A stretch of 64,000 nt of DNA from an uncultured Solirubrobacterales bacterium (GCA_963776045.1 CAVZLE010000005.1:541599-605598), one strand, 5' to 3'. Positions 48,933-60,438 are shown, counted from the first letter of the stretch. The notes: a model not told the origin generated them from the sequence alone. Made by a program: numbers and translations.

Positions 48933-50336
48933 CTAGGAGATCGGTGGGCGGCGCTCCGCCCAGGGCTGCTCGGATTCGATCTGCGCCGCGAGGGAGATCG
49001 CGATGTCCTCGCGGTTCGGCGCGACGACGAGCTGGACCGAGCGCGGCAGGCCCGCATCGGTGAAGCCCATCGGAACGGCGGCCGCGGGCTGGCCGGTGTG
49101 GTTCCAGATGCCCGCGAAGCAGAAGGTGCGGCTCAGGCCCATCAACGTCCGGAACGCCCCCCTGCCCTCCCAGCGGCGGACCGGGAACGCCACCTCGCCG
49201 ACGACGGGCGTGACCAGGACGTCGTGGTCGTCGAAGAGGGCGTTGATTCTGTGCGCGTCCTTCTCGGCGGCCTCGGTGGCCGACCGGACCATCCGCTCGG
49301 GATAAAGCGACCCCAGCCGCCCGAACCCGCGTGTGCGCGCCTCGAGCCGGTCGGGGCGGGGCACGTTCTCGACGTCGTCGTGGATGCCGCCCAGATACCG
49401 CGTCGCGACGTTGTTGCCGGCCATGCCGTAGGAGGGGCTGGCCTCCCGCACGTCGTGGCCGAGCGAGCGCAGCAGCTCACCCGCGGCGGCGACCGCGGCC
49501 TTCGCGTCGCCGCTCACGTGGGGCGGCGCGGCGGCCCGGACCGGCTTGGTGGAGAGCGCGATCCGGAGCTTCCCGGGCGGCGTGGCCGCCACCTCGGCGT
49601 AGGGGCGCTCCGGGGGCGGCGGCGCGCCGGGTTCGCCGCCCGCCGCCATCGTCGCGTCGATCCAGATGGCGGTGTCGAGAACGGTCTGCGTGACGCACCC
49701 GGTCACCGACATGCCTCGCCAGTGATCCGCCGGGCGCATCGGGATGCGCCCGCGCTGAGGCTTCAGGCCGAAGAGGTTGCAGAAGGCGGCCGGGTTGCGA
49801 ATCGAGCCCGCCCCATCCGATGCCGAGGCCGCGGCACAGAGCCCGGCGGCCAGCGCGGCACCGCTCCCCCCGCTGGACCCGCTGGGCGTGCGCTCGGTGT
49901 CCCACGGATTTCGAGTGACGCCGCTGGTCTTCGACTCCGTGAAGCCGCAGATCGCGAGCTCCGGGAGCGCCGTCTTGCCGAGGAAGACGGCCCCCGCATG
50001 GCGCAGGCTGGCCACCATCGGGGAGTCCGAGCTCGCGACCCCGTCGAAGGCGTCGGTACCGAAGCGGGTGGGCTCCCCCTCGATGTCCTCGACGTCCTTG
50101 ATTGCGATCGGCACGCCCAGGAACGGAGCCTCCTCCCCGGCTTCGATCCGGCGGTCGGCCCCATCCGCCTGGGCCAGCGCCTTCTCGGTGCTCAGGTAGA
50201 GGAACGCGTTCAGCTTCGGGTCGAGGCGTCCGATCCGGGCCAGGTAGAGCTCGGTCAGCTCACGCGATGAGATCTCACGCGAGCGCAGCAGCCCGGCCAG
50301 GCGGGCGCTACCGGCGAATGCGAGCTGCTCGTCCAC
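48933..50336 (-). CDS. amidase (amidase-signature family)
   Basis: GVPIAIKD and the GGSSGGS-type motif PSGSSGGSGAALAAG plus DGAGSIRNPA. Start is uncertain (GTG 50336 chosen). Confidence 0.85.
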   Translation of the reverse strand: MDEQLAFAGSARLAGLLRSREISSRELTELYLARIGRLDPKLNAFLYLSTEKALAQADGADRRIEAGEEAPFLGVPIAIKDVEDIEGEPTRFGTDAFDGVASSDSPMVASLRHAGAVFLGKTALPELAICGFTESKTSGVTRNPWDTERTPSGSSGGSGAALAAGLCAAASASDGAGSIRNPAAFCNLFGLKPQRGRIPMRPADHWRGMSVTGCVTQTVLDTAIWIDATMAAGGEPGAPPPPERPYAEVAATPPGKLRIALSTKPVRAAAPPHVSGDAKAAVAAAGELLRSLGHDVREASPSYGMAGNNVATRYLGGIHDDVENVPRPDRLEARTRGFGRLGSLYPERMVRSATEAAEKDAHRINALFDDHDVLVTPVVGEVAFPVRRWEGRGAFRTLMGLSRTFCFAGIWNHTGQPAAAVPMGFTDAGLPRSVQLVVAPNREDIAISLAAQIESEQPWAERRPPIS

Positions 50337-51117
50337 GGCGTGCGCGGACCCTATTCGAGGCGCCCCTGCGCGATGCCAGCACGCTTCCGATCCCGCCGAC
50401 CACAAGCGCCGTCGTCGCGGCGCCGGCAACCACCAGGCGCCGCCCCAGCTTCTCGAACCGCATCACCCGCCAGCCCTCCGCGCGGGCGACGTCCAGCAGC
50501 GGCTCGTCGGGGTTCACGACGACCGCGTTCCCGACGGCCCGCAGCATGGGCAGGTCGGACGCCGAGTCGGAGTAGGCGAAGGACTCGGCGAGGTCGAGGG
50601 CGTGTTCGTCCGCGTAGCGGCTGATCGCCTCGACCTTGCCCTCGCCATACATGAAGGGACCATCCAGGTCGCCGGTGAACCGCCCGTCCGCATCGATCTC
50701 GTAGCGCGTGCCGATGCCACCGTCCATCGCCAGGACCCGCGCCAGCATCTCGACCAGCTCGATGCCGGCAGCCGAGACGATGAACGTCGCTCGGCCGGCG
50801 TCCTGGTGGGCGTGGACCTCGTCGAGCATCTCCGGGTAGATCCGCGGCAGCACACCCGCCAGCACGGTCGGGCCCAGGCGCCCAAGGTCGCGCGCGGAGG
50901 TGCCGCGCAGAAGCTCCTGGACCTCGGCCATGACCTGGGCCGCCGCCTCGTCGCTGGAGCCGCGGAGCCGATACCGGAGGTGATCCAGCGCCCAGCGGAC
51001 CAGCATCCGCTTCGAGATCCCGCCCGCGTCGTAGGAGACGCGCGCCCAGACCATTCCCGACGACCCCGCCATGAGGGTCTTGTCGAGATCGAAGAAAGCC
51101 GCTGCGCGAGCGGCCAT
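50308..51117 (-). CDS. HAD-IB family hydrolase with C-terminal TM segment
   Basis: Starts MAARAAAFFDLDKTLM (DxDxT motif) with a GGAGG Shine-Dalgarno 7 nt upstream. YSDSASDLPML is motif IV. Confidence 0.85.
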   Translation of the reverse strand: MAARAAAFFDLDKTLMAGSSGMVWARVSYDAGGISKRMLVRWALDHLRYRLRGSSDEAAAQVMAEVQELLRGTSARDLGRLGPTVLAGVLPRIYPEMLDEVHAHQDAGRATFIVSAAGIELVEMLARVLAMDGGIGTRYEIDADGRFTGDLDGPFMYGEGKVEAISRYADEHALDLAESFAYSDSASDLPMLRAVGNAVVVNPDEPLLDVARAEGWRVMRFEKLGRRLVVAGAATTALVVGGIGSVLASRRGASNRVRARRGRAARIRR

Positions 51118-51119
51118 AC

Positions 51120-52304
<1,185 letters not shown>

Positions 52305-52364
52305 GCGGCTACTCCTTGTCGATGGCGGCCCCGGTGACAGCGGAGCGGGGCTGAAGGGTTGGCA

Positions 52365-53840
52365 ATGCTAGAACACCCGTTGATGCAGGTAGACGTGCTG
52401 ACCGGGGCCACTGAGGCCGACCTCGAGGTCCTGGGACTCCCGGACGGCGAAGACGTGCCCGCCGGGATCGCCGGGGTACCCGGCGCGGGCGACGTCAGGA
52501 CCGCCTTCAAGAAGACGACGCTCCTGCGGCCCTCCGACAACGAGCGCCTGCTGGTCATCGGCCTGGGCAAGCGCGAGGAGCTGACCGCCGAGCGGCTGCG
52601 GGTTGCCGCCACGGTGGCCCTGAAGCAAGCGCAGTCCCTTGAGGCGACATCGATCGCGTGGGCGCTCCCGGAGAGCTCCTCGAGCGTCGAGCTCCCCGCA
52701 GCGGCGGCCGCGATCGTCGACGGGACGATCCTCGCCTCCTATCGCTTCGACCGCTTCCACACGTCCACCGAGGACGATCCGAAGCCTGCGGCCGTGGAGC
52801 GTCTGATCCTCCTGGCCCCCGAGGGAGCAGATGCCGACGCGCTGACCGCCGAGGCCCGCTTCGCCGGCGCCGGCGCCGACGGCGCCAATCGCGCCCGCGA
52901 GCTTCAGGACCTGCCGGCGAACATCCTCAACCCCACCTACCTGGCCGATCGCGCCCGCCAGATCTCGGTCGCGTTCGAGCCGGTCTCGGTCGAGGTCATC
53001 GACCGCGCGGGGATGGAGGAGGCCGGGATGGGCGGCCTGGTCGCCGTCTCGCAGGGCACGGCCACCGAGCCGGCGCTGATCACGCTGCGCTACTCGGGCG
53101 GCGCCGAGGGCCAGGCTCCGGTCGGCCTGGTGGGAAAGGCCGTGACCTTCGACTCCGGCGGGATCTCCATCAAGCCCTCGGCGAAGATGGAGGAGATGAA
53201 GTTCGACATGTCCGGGGGCGCCGCGGTGCTCGAGGCCATGGCGACCATCGCCGAGCTGGGCCTGCCGCTGAACGTCGTGGCGGCGATCCCGTCCACGGAG
53301 AACATGCCGAGCGGGACAGCGACCCGTCCCGGCGACATCATCACCCAGCTCAACGGCAAGACGGTGGAGGTCAACAACACCGACGCCGAGGGCCGGCTGA
53401 TCCTCGCCGACGCCCTCACCTACTGCGTCCGGGAGATGGGAGCCGAGCGGGTGGTGGACCTCGCGACGCTCACCGGAGCCGTCCTTGTCGCCCTGGGGTC
53501 GACCTACACCGCGCTGATCTCCAACGACGACGCGTGGGCGGCCGAGGTGGGCGCCGCCGGCGATCGCACCGGCGAGCTGGCCTGGCGCCTTCCGCTGCAC
53601 GAGGAATACAAGGAGCTCACCAAGGGCAGGTTCGCCGACCTCACCAACGCGTCGGCCAAGCGGAAGGCCGGGACGATCTACGCCGGCTCGTTCCTGGAGG
53701 AGTTCGTCGACGGCAAGCCCTGGGTGCACCTCGATATCGCGGGCACCGCCTGGGATACGGGGCGCGACTACGTGGGCAATGGCGCGACGGGAGTCGGGGT
53801 GCGCCTGCTCACGGCGCTTGCGCGCGAACTGTCCGCTTAG
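52365..53840 (+). CDS. pepA: leucyl aminopeptidase (M17)
   Basis: NTDAEGRLILADAL signature and VGKAVTFDSGGISIKP. The start may be 52359, 52365 or 52386. Confidence 0.9.
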   Translation: MLEHPLMQVDVLTGATEADLEVLGLPDGEDVPAGIAGVPGAGDVRTAFKKTTLLRPSDNERLLVIGLGKREELTAERLRVAATVALKQAQSLEATSIAWALPESSSSVELPAAAAAIVDGTILASYRFDRFHTSTEDDPKPAAVERLILLAPEGADADALTAEARFAGAGADGANRARELQDLPANILNPTYLADRARQISVAFEPVSVEVIDRAGMEEAGMGGLVAVSQGTATEPALITLRYSGGAEGQAPVGLVGKAVTFDSGGISIKPSAKMEEMKFDMSGGAAVLEAMATIAELGLPLNVVAAIPSTENMPSGTATRPGDIITQLNGKTVEVNNTDAEGRLILADALTYCVREMGAERVVDLATLTGAVLVALGSTYTALISNDDAWAAEVGAAGDRTGELAWRLPLHEEYKELTKGRFADLTNASAKRKAGTIYAGSFLEEFVDGKPWVHLDIAGTAWDTGRDYVGNGATGVGVRLLTALARELSA

Positions 53841-53849
53841 CCGCCGCGG

Positions 53850-54803
53850 CTACTTCAGAGCCTTGCCGCAAACGGCGTAGGTCACGACGGTCAGTGAGCC
53901 ACTGTCCGCGTAGTTGTCGACCTTGACCGCCCACTGGTGCACGTCAGGCTCGCCGCCCTCGATCGCGAACGAGCTGGTGTCGGTCACACCGTCTCCATCG
54001 ACGACGCTGTAGTTCATCCCCCCGCCGTAGACGAAGCGCTTCTCGCTGGGACAGAAGCTCGGCACCCCACCCTGGGTCCCGGCCGAGACGAAACCCGGGG
54101 TAGGGATGTAGGCGGGCATCCGCTCGCCGCAGACCGCGGTCGCCTTCAGCTTTGCCTCGTCCTCAAAGTCGAAGCTGTAGACGACGGTCCTCCAGCCGTC
54201 ATCCGGGACCGAGTCCCCGTCGAACAGATCCACGGGGTAGGAGCTGGTCAGAAAGGGGGCGAAGCCGGTTCTGCCGAAGGGGTCGTAGGCACCGCCCGAG
54301 TAGACGTGCAGACCGTCCGGGCAGATCGCCGTGTCCGAGCCTGCGGTGTGGGTCCCGACCTTGAAGGCCTCGGACCGGTAGACGGGCCTCTTCTCATCGC
54401 AGATCGCCGTTCCGTAGATGGGAGGGTCGGGCGCGCTCTGGTTGTTGAACCTGAGATACCACCGGTCGCGAGGCTGGCCGGGGGTCATCGCGTGAACGAA
54501 CTCTGTGTCGAACGGACCGGTGTTGAGGAAGCCACCACCCAGCACGAACGTGTCCCCGGGACATCGGACCTTGAGTTCAGGCGTCGGTGGGAAGAGCTGC
54601 GGCTTCGTCTTGAGGCTGACGTACTTGAGCCCGCCGGCGCTCTTGATCTTCACGCCCGCCGAGGCAGGTCCCGCTGCGATCCCCGCCGCTGCCACTGCCA
54701 GCAACGGCAGGATCAGGCGCTTCCAGCTGTTCCACAACCTGCCCACCCTGTGGGCCTCCCCGGTCGTTCTCCTGGAGGCTACGCCGATTCGCCGGGATTG
54801 CAA
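53850..54803 (-). CDS. secreted three-domain Cys-bracketed repeat protein, paralog 3 (intact)
   Basis: Signal-like WKRLILPLLAVAAAGIAAGPASA, then three domains each reading C-x-x-G/D-x-x-V-x-GGG ... W ... A-V/I-C-G/D. The start may be GTG 54746. Confidence 0.7.
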   Translation of the reverse strand: MQSRRIGVASRRTTGEAHRVGRLWNSWKRLILPLLAVAAAGIAAGPASAGVKIKSAGGLKYVSLKTKPQLFPPTPELKVRCPGDTFVLGGGFLNTGPFDTEFVHAMTPGQPRDRWYLRFNNQSAPDPPIYGTAICDEKRPVYRSEAFKVGTHTAGSDTAICPDGLHVYSGGAYDPFGRTGFAPFLTSSYPVDLFDGDSVPDDGWRTVVYSFDFEDEAKLKATAVCGERMPAYIPTPGFVSAGTQGGVPSFCPSEKRFVYGGGMNYSVVDGDGVTDTSSFAIEGGEPDVHQWAVKVDNYADSGSLTVVTYAVCGKALK

Positions 54804-54925
54804 GCCCCACGATCCCGCGCGGGCATGGCCTAGAACCTTCGTCCAGCTGCGCGCGATCCGCTCAAGTCACGGGAGTCTCTGCCGATGGCTAAAGCTTCCC
54901 GGCCTCCGACCGATAGGTAAGCGAC

Positions 54926-57235
54926 GTGCCGACGCCTGCTGTGCCAGCGAGCTGGACGACCCAGCAGCTCACCGAGTTCATCAATGCCGTCTCGTCGTTC
55001 CCGGACGAGGAGACGACGATCCACGGCGCGGTCAAGCGATTCGCCCGCACGTTCGACGCCGGGGCGGCGGCCATTGTCGACTCCAAGGGCGAGGTCCTGG
55101 CGGCGCACACCGACGCCTCAGCCCCCAGCGCCGCGATGCTGCGTGAGGCCGGCGCGGCGCAGGCGGAGTCGATTCAGCAGCCCGGGCACGAACCCTGGGT
55201 GACCCTGGTGGAGCGGGTGGATGATTCCCGCCTCCGCATGCTGGTCCTCGCCCGCGACCGGCCCGACTTCTCCACGGAGGAACGCCGCCTCGCGCAGAGC
55301 CTGGTGCGAGTCCTCGGGCTCACCGTCCGCCTGCTGAGAGCGGCGGAGAAGGAGCGGCGCCTGCGACAGCAGGCCGATCAGCAGCGCGGGGAGAACATGC
55401 GCCTGATGGAGTCGCTCAAGGAGCGCAGGCGCCTGCTGGAGCGGCTCTCCCGGATCCAGAACTCGATCGTGCGCCGCCACGAGCTGGACGAGGTCCTGGA
55501 CGCGATCGTCGCCGGAGCCCAGGACCTCCTCGGCGACGAGACGGTCGGCCTCCGGCTCATCGATCCCGAGGACCCGCAGACGCTGGTGATGGTGGCCTCG
55601 TCCGGCGTCAGCGAGGAACTCGCCGAGAACAACGCGCGGTCGCCCCTGGGCGTCGGCGCGGGCGGCCGCGCGGCGGCCGAGGGCGAGCTGGTCGTAATCG
55701 AGGACTACGCCGTCAATTCCCGCGCGCTCCCCGATTTCGCCGCCGCGGGCATCCGCTCCGCACTGGCGGCCCCGGTGCGCGAGCACGGGAACGTCGTCGG
55801 CAGCCTGGTGGTCGCCACACACCGGCCCGACCGGAGCTACAGCGAGGCCGAGCGGGAGATGCTCCTGGCCTTCGCGGAGCATGCGAGCCTCGCGCTGACC
55901 GACGCTCGCACCGTCGACGACGCCATGCATGAGGCGCTCCACGACTCGCTCACCGGCCTCCCGAACCGGACGCTGCTGCACGACCGTCTGAGCCAGGCAC
56001 AGGAGCGTGCCGGCCGAGCCGACGGCCCGGTGGCCGTCCTGTTCATCGACCTCGACGGGTTCAAGACCGTGAACGACAGCCTCGGCCACGCCGCGGGTGA
56101 CGAGTTGCTGGTGGAGGCGGCCCGACGGCTCCTGAAATGCGTGCGCATGAGCGATACCGCGGCGCGCTTCGGCGGCGACGAGTTCGTGGTGGTGCTGGAG
56201 GACGCCGACGCCTTCCACGTGACCCGCGTCGCGGCCAGGATCCTCGAGGAGCTCGAGCAGCCGTTCGAGGTGCGTGGCCGCGAGCTCCTGATCAGCGCCA
56301 GCGTCGGCATCGCGATGTCGGATGATCCCGAGGACGACCTGCTGCGAAACGCCGACCTCGCCCTGTACCGGGCGAAGTCCACGGGCAAGGGGCGCACGCA
56401 GCTATACAAGCCGCAGATGCACGCCGCCGTGGTGGAACGGATGGAGCTCGAGAGCGCCCTCGCCAAGGCTCTGCGAGAGGACCAACTGGCGCTTCACTAT
56501 CAGCCGATCCTCGGCCTGGGAGTGCGGCGGCTGGACGGCGTGGAGGCCCTCGTGCGCTGGCGTCACCCCATCCGCGGCCTGCTTCTCCCCAGCGACTTCA
56601 TCCCCATCGCGGAGGACGGCCGGCTGATGGTGCCGCTGGGCCGCTGGGTGATCCGTACCGCGTGCCAGCAGCTGGCTGCCTGGGAGGGGCCCTCCGCCCC
56701 ACCCCTCCTGAGCGTCAACGTCTCGCTCGCCCAGCTCCACGACCCGAACCTGCGGGACGACGTGGCCGACGCGCTCGCACGCAGCGGGCTGGCGCCCGAG
56801 CGGCTCGTCCTCGAGCTCACCGAGACGGCGCTGCTCTCCGACGCGGAGAGCACCGGCGAGCGGCTCGCCGAGCTGAAGGAGCTGGGGATCCGCCTGGCCG
56901 TCGACGACTTCGGGACAGGCAATGCGTCGCTCCGGCACCTCGCGCGATTCCCGGTGGACGTGCTGAAGATCGACCGCACCTTCGTCCAGGAGATCGTCCG
57001 CGACGGCCGCCAGGCCGCGATCGTCCGATCGATCATCGACCTCGGGCTCAGCCTGGGGATGGACGTGATCGCCGAGGGGATCGAGAACGCCGATCAGGAG
57101 CGGCGGCTTATCGACCTGGGCTGCACGCTCGGCCAGGGTTTTTACCTGGCCCGTCCCGCGCAGATGAGCGACCTTGCCGCAGTCCTGGCGAAGAGCGCCA
57201 CGGCACCGCTCGCCGCAGTGGTCACCGACGCCTAG
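54926..57235 (+). CDS. GAF-GGDEF-EAL signalling protein (diguanylate cyclase/phosphodiesterase)
   Basis: RFGGDEFVVVL (GGDEF), VEALVRW (EAL), DDFGTG and EGIEN motifs. N-terminal sensor regions. 769 aa. Confidence 0.9.
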   Translation: MPTPAVPASWTTQQLTEFINAVSSFPDEETTIHGAVKRFARTFDAGAAAIVDSKGEVLAAHTDASAPSAAMLREAGAAQAESIQQPGHEPWVTLVERVDDSRLRMLVLARDRPDFSTEERRLAQSLVRVLGLTVRLLRAAEKERRLRQQADQQRGENMRLMESLKERRRLLERLSRIQNSIVRRHELDEVLDAIVAGAQDLLGDETVGLRLIDPEDPQTLVMVASSGVSEELAENNARSPLGVGAGGRAAAEGELVVIEDYAVNSRALPDFAAAGIRSALAAPVREHGNVVGSLVVATHRPDRSYSEAEREMLLAFAEHASLALTDARTVDDAMHEALHDSLTGLPNRTLLHDRLSQAQERAGRADGPVAVLFIDLDGFKTVNDSLGHAAGDELLVEAARRLLKCVRMSDTAARFGGDEFVVVLEDADAFHVTRVAARILEELEQPFEVRGRELLISASVGIAMSDDPEDDLLRNADLALYRAKSTGKGRTQLYKPQMHAAVVERMELESALAKALREDQLALHYQPILGLGVRRLDGVEALVRWRHPIRGLLLPSDFIPIAEDGRLMVPLGRWVIRTACQQLAAWEGPSAPPLLSVNVSLAQLHDPNLRDDVADALARSGLAPERLVLELTETALLSDAESTGERLAELKELGIRLAVDDFGTGNASLRHLARFPVDVLKIDRTFVQEIVRDGRQAAIVRSIIDLGLSLGMDVIAEGIENADQERRLIDLGCTLGQGFYLARPAQMSDLAAVLAKSATAPLAAVVTDA

Positions 57236-57253
57236 CGTCTAAGTTCCCCGCAG

Positions 57254-58399
57254 ATGGACTTCGACCTGACCGACGAGCAGCGGCTGCTGCGCGACACCGT
57301 CCGGGACTTCGCCGACCAGGAGGTGCGGCCGGTCGCCGAGGAGCTCGACCGGACCAAGAGCTTCCCCTACGAGATCGTGGCCAAGATGGGCGAGCTGGGC
57401 TTCATGGGCATCCCGTTCCCCGAGGAGTACGGGGGCGGCGGCGCCGACAGCCTCACCTACGCGCTCGCGATCGAGGAGCTGGCCCGCGTGGACTCGTCGG
57501 TGGGCATCACCGTCGCGGCGCACACCTCGCTGGGGACGATGCCGATCCACCTGTGGGGAACCGACGAGCAGCGCGACGAGTGGCTGCCCGAGCTGTGCGC
57601 CGGCAAGCGGCTCGCCGCCTTCGGCCTCACCGAGCCGGACGCCGGCTCGGACGCGGGGGCCACCCGGACGACGGCCAAGCTCGACGACGGCGAGTGGGTG
57701 ATCAACGGCGCGAAGCAGTTCATCACCAACTCCGGCACCGACATCACCGGCTGTGTCTCGATCACCGCGGTGACCGGGAACGGCGACGGGGCTCCCGAGA
57801 TCTCCAACATCATCGTCCCCAACGGCACCCCGGGCTACGAGGTGGGCGAGGCCTACCGCAAGATGGGCTGGAACGCGTCGGACACGCGCCCGCTCGCGTT
57901 CGACGACTGCCGGGTCCCCGAGGCCAACCTCCTCGGCCGCCGCGGCGAGGGCTTCAAGCAGTTCCTGCACATCCTCGACGGCGGGCGCATCGGGGTGGCG
58001 GCGATGGGCCTGGGGCTTGCCCAGGGGTCGCTGGACGAGGCGATCGCCTACGCGAAGGAGCGCCGGGCCTTCGGCCAGCCGATCTCGAAGTTCCAGGCCA
58101 TCCAGGCGAAGATCGCCGACATCTCGACCGAGATCGAAGCGGCACGGCTGCTCACCTACAAGGCGGCGATCCTGAAGGACCGGGGCGAGCCGTTCACGCT
58201 CACGGCGGCGCAGGCGAAGCTGAAGACGGGGCGCCTGGCGGTGCGCGCCGCCGAGGAGGCGGTGCAGATCCACGGCGGCTACGGCTACATCGAGGAATAC
58301 CCGGTGTGTCGCTTCTACCGCGACGCCAAGATCCTCACCATCGGCGAGGGGACCGACGAGATCCAGCAGATGGTGATCGCGCGCCAGCTCGGCTGCTGA
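57254..58399 (+). CDS. acyl-CoA dehydrogenase
   Basis: 381 aa with GLTEPDAGSD and a C-terminal QIHGGYGYIEEYPVCRFYRDAKILTIGEGT with the catalytic Glu. Confidence 0.93.
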   Translation: MDFDLTDEQRLLRDTVRDFADQEVRPVAEELDRTKSFPYEIVAKMGELGFMGIPFPEEYGGGGADSLTYALAIEELARVDSSVGITVAAHTSLGTMPIHLWGTDEQRDEWLPELCAGKRLAAFGLTEPDAGSDAGATRTTAKLDDGEWVINGAKQFITNSGTDITGCVSITAVTGNGDGAPEISNIIVPNGTPGYEVGEAYRKMGWNASDTRPLAFDDCRVPEANLLGRRGEGFKQFLHILDGGRIGVAAMGLGLAQGSLDEAIAYAKERRAFGQPISKFQAIQAKIADISTEIEAARLLTYKAAILKDRGEPFTLTAAQAKLKTGRLAVRAAEEAVQIHGGYGYIEEYPVCRFYRDAKILTIGEGTDEIQQMVIARQLGC

Positions 58400-58550
58400 C
58401 GCTCGCGCGTGCCCACGCGGGCGTCTCGGAAACACACATTCTTTCCCCTGTTTGCGGCTTCGCCATGCGGTTTCTGGCCCCTGGACCGCTTTGGCGTCCC
58501 ACCCCGTGCCTAGAGTGGTCGCGTTCCTGCCACCCACGAGAGGGGTCCGC

Positions 58551-58751
58551 ATGGCACCGGAGGAGAGACTGTCGCGCCGCAACCGCAAGCCCTCGAGGCT
58601 CGCGCTGCAATTGACCGACGCCTTCGCTGCGCTCGACGAGTGGTCAGAGGTGAAGGTCGTACGTAACGAGTACGGCCGCCGGGACCGGGTGGTGCAGCTG
58701 CGCCCCTCCGACTCGGGACCTCATCCGTACGACTGGTCAGCCGCCGCCTAG
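58551..58751 (+). CDS. small hypothetical protein
   Basis: 66 codons from ATG 58551 preceded by GAGAGGGG, with moderate G/C third-position bias. No family was recognised. Confidence 0.35.
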   Translation: MAPEERLSRRNRKPSRLALQLTDAFAALDEWSEVKVVRNEYGRRDRVVQLRPSDSGPHPYDWSAAA

Positions 58752-58794
58752 ACAGACAGCCCGACAGCAGGACTGGCGGTCAGTCCGCCGGCTT

Positions 58795-59760
58795 TCACCC
58801 ATCTCCCATCCTCTCCAGCAGCGTGCGCGCGGCACTCGCGGGGTCCGTCTCGCGCCTCACCACACTGTCCAGGAGGGCTTCCCATTCCGGGTCCGCCTCA
58901 GCCTTCTGCTCGAGCTCGCGTCGCATGCGCCAGGCGGCGATCCCGATCACCTCGGCACGTAGATTCCGCGCCCGCCGCTCGGCCAGAGTGCCCTCTGACT
59001 CGATCAGCGCGCGGTGCTCGTCGATGGTCTCGCGGAGCTTCGCGATCCCCTCCCCGCGGGTCGCCTCCGTCTTCACGACGGGCACCCGCCACGAGCGATC
59101 CGGACCCAGCGCGAGGACGGCCCGCACCTCGCGGACCATCGTGTCGGCCAAGGGGTGGTCGGATTTGTTCACCACGATCACGTCCGGGATCTCCATGATC
59201 CCCGCCTTCAGGGCCTGGATCGAGTCGCCCGAGCCGGGCATCAGCGCGAGGACGATCGTGTCGGCGTGATCCACGACGTCGATCTCGCCCTGGCCGACGC
59301 CCACGGTCTCGACGAGCACGTAGTCCTTGCCGGACGCATCCATCAAGAGCGCCGCCTGCAGCGCGGCCTCAGCGAGGCCGCCGAGCGACCCCCGGGTGGC
59401 CATCGAGCGGATGAAGACACCGGGGTCGAGGAAGTGGTCGGTCAGCCGGATGCGGTCGCCGAGGACGGCGCCCTGGGTGAACGGGCTCGACGGGTCGACC
59501 GAGAGCACGCCGACCTCGCTCCCGTCCTCCCGAAGCGACGCGGTGAGCGCGCCGATCAGGGTGCTCTTGCCAACGCCGGGAGGGCCCGTGAGGCCGATGA
59601 TCCCGGCTTTGCCGGTACGGGGGTAGAGCTCGGCCACGAGCTCGTCGCCGGCGGGATCCCGGTTCTCCACGAGGCTGATCGCACGCGCGAGGGCACGCCC
59701 CTCGCCTGCCAGCACCCGCTCGGCGAGCGGCTCCTCGGCTTGCTTCGTCGAATCGCCCAT
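58795..59760 (-). CDS. meaB: methylmalonyl-CoA mutase-associated GTPase MeaB/ArgK
   Basis: Starts MGDSTKQAEE. P-loop GPPGVGKST, VETVGVGQ and VVNKSD (NKxD) motifs. The longer ORF 58795..60396 is an over-extension. Confidence 0.9.
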   Translation of the reverse strand: MGDSTKQAEEPLAERVLAGEGRALARAISLVENRDPAGDELVAELYPRTGKAGIIGLTGPPGVGKSTLIGALTASLREDGSEVGVLSVDPSSPFTQGAVLGDRIRLTDHFLDPGVFIRSMATRGSLGGLAEAALQAALLMDASGKDYVLVETVGVGQGEIDVVDHADTIVLALMPGSGDSIQALKAGIMEIPDVIVVNKSDHPLADTMVREVRAVLALGPDRSWRVPVVKTEATRGEGIAKLRETIDEHRALIESEGTLAERRARNLRAEVIGIAAWRMRRELEQKAEADPEWEALLDSVVRRETDPASAARTLLERMGDG

Positions 59761-59790
59761 CGGGCGTGGCAGTCTAGGCTCCGCGCCGCC

Positions 59791-60438
59791 TTGATCCGCT
59801 CGTTGCGCTTCTTCGCCGCCCACGACATGCTGAACGCCCAGTACGGGCGCCTCCTGTGGCGCTATCTCTGGCGGCGCTACCTCACGCGCGCAGGATGGCG
59901 ATGGGAGACCGACGGGCCCGTGTTCTTCGGCCGCGACCTGAAGCTGGAGATCGGGAGGAAGGGGACCATCAGCTTCGGCCGCTTCGTCTGGGTCGGGGAC
60001 GGGACGAAGATCCGCTGCCACGAGGGCAGGGTCACGGTCGGTGCGAAGTCCGTGCTCGGCCAGGAATGCACGATCTCCGCCTACCAGGACGTGACGATCG
60101 GCGAGCAGTGCGTGATCGCCGACCGCTCGATGTTCATCGACTTCGACCACGGCGTCACCGAGGTCGAGCGCCCGATCCGCGTGCAGGGCATCTACAAGGA
60201 GCCCGTGCGCGTCGGGTCCAATGTCTGGATCGGCTACGGGGCGTGCGTGCTGCGAGGGGTGACGGTGGGCGACAACTCGGTGCTCGGCACCTATGCCGTG
60301 GTGACGAAGGACGTTCCGGCCAATGCGGTCGTCGCGGGGATCCCGGCGAAGGTCATCCGGATGCGCGAGGCACCTGAAGCTCTGCGCTGGCCCCATCCGG
60401 TTGAGCCACCACCCCCCGCTCCGCCTCCTGGGGCTTGA
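59791..60438 (+). CDS. hexapeptide-repeat (left-handed beta-helix) acetyltransferase
   Basis: Repeats IGEQCVIADRSMF, VGSNVWIGYGACVLRGVTVGDNSVLGTYAVV and GIPAKVIR. Start is uncertain (TTG 59791, TTG 59803 or ATG 59827). Confidence 0.78.
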   Translation: MIRSLRFFAAHDMLNAQYGRLLWRYLWRRYLTRAGWRWETDGPVFFGRDLKLEIGRKGTISFGRFVWVGDGTKIRCHEGRVTVGAKSVLGQECTISAYQDVTIGEQCVIADRSMFIDFDHGVTEVERPIRVQGIYKEPVRVGSNVWIGYGACVLRGVTVGDNSVLGTYAVVTKDVPANAVVAGIPAKVIRMREAPEALRWPHPVEPPPPAPPPGA

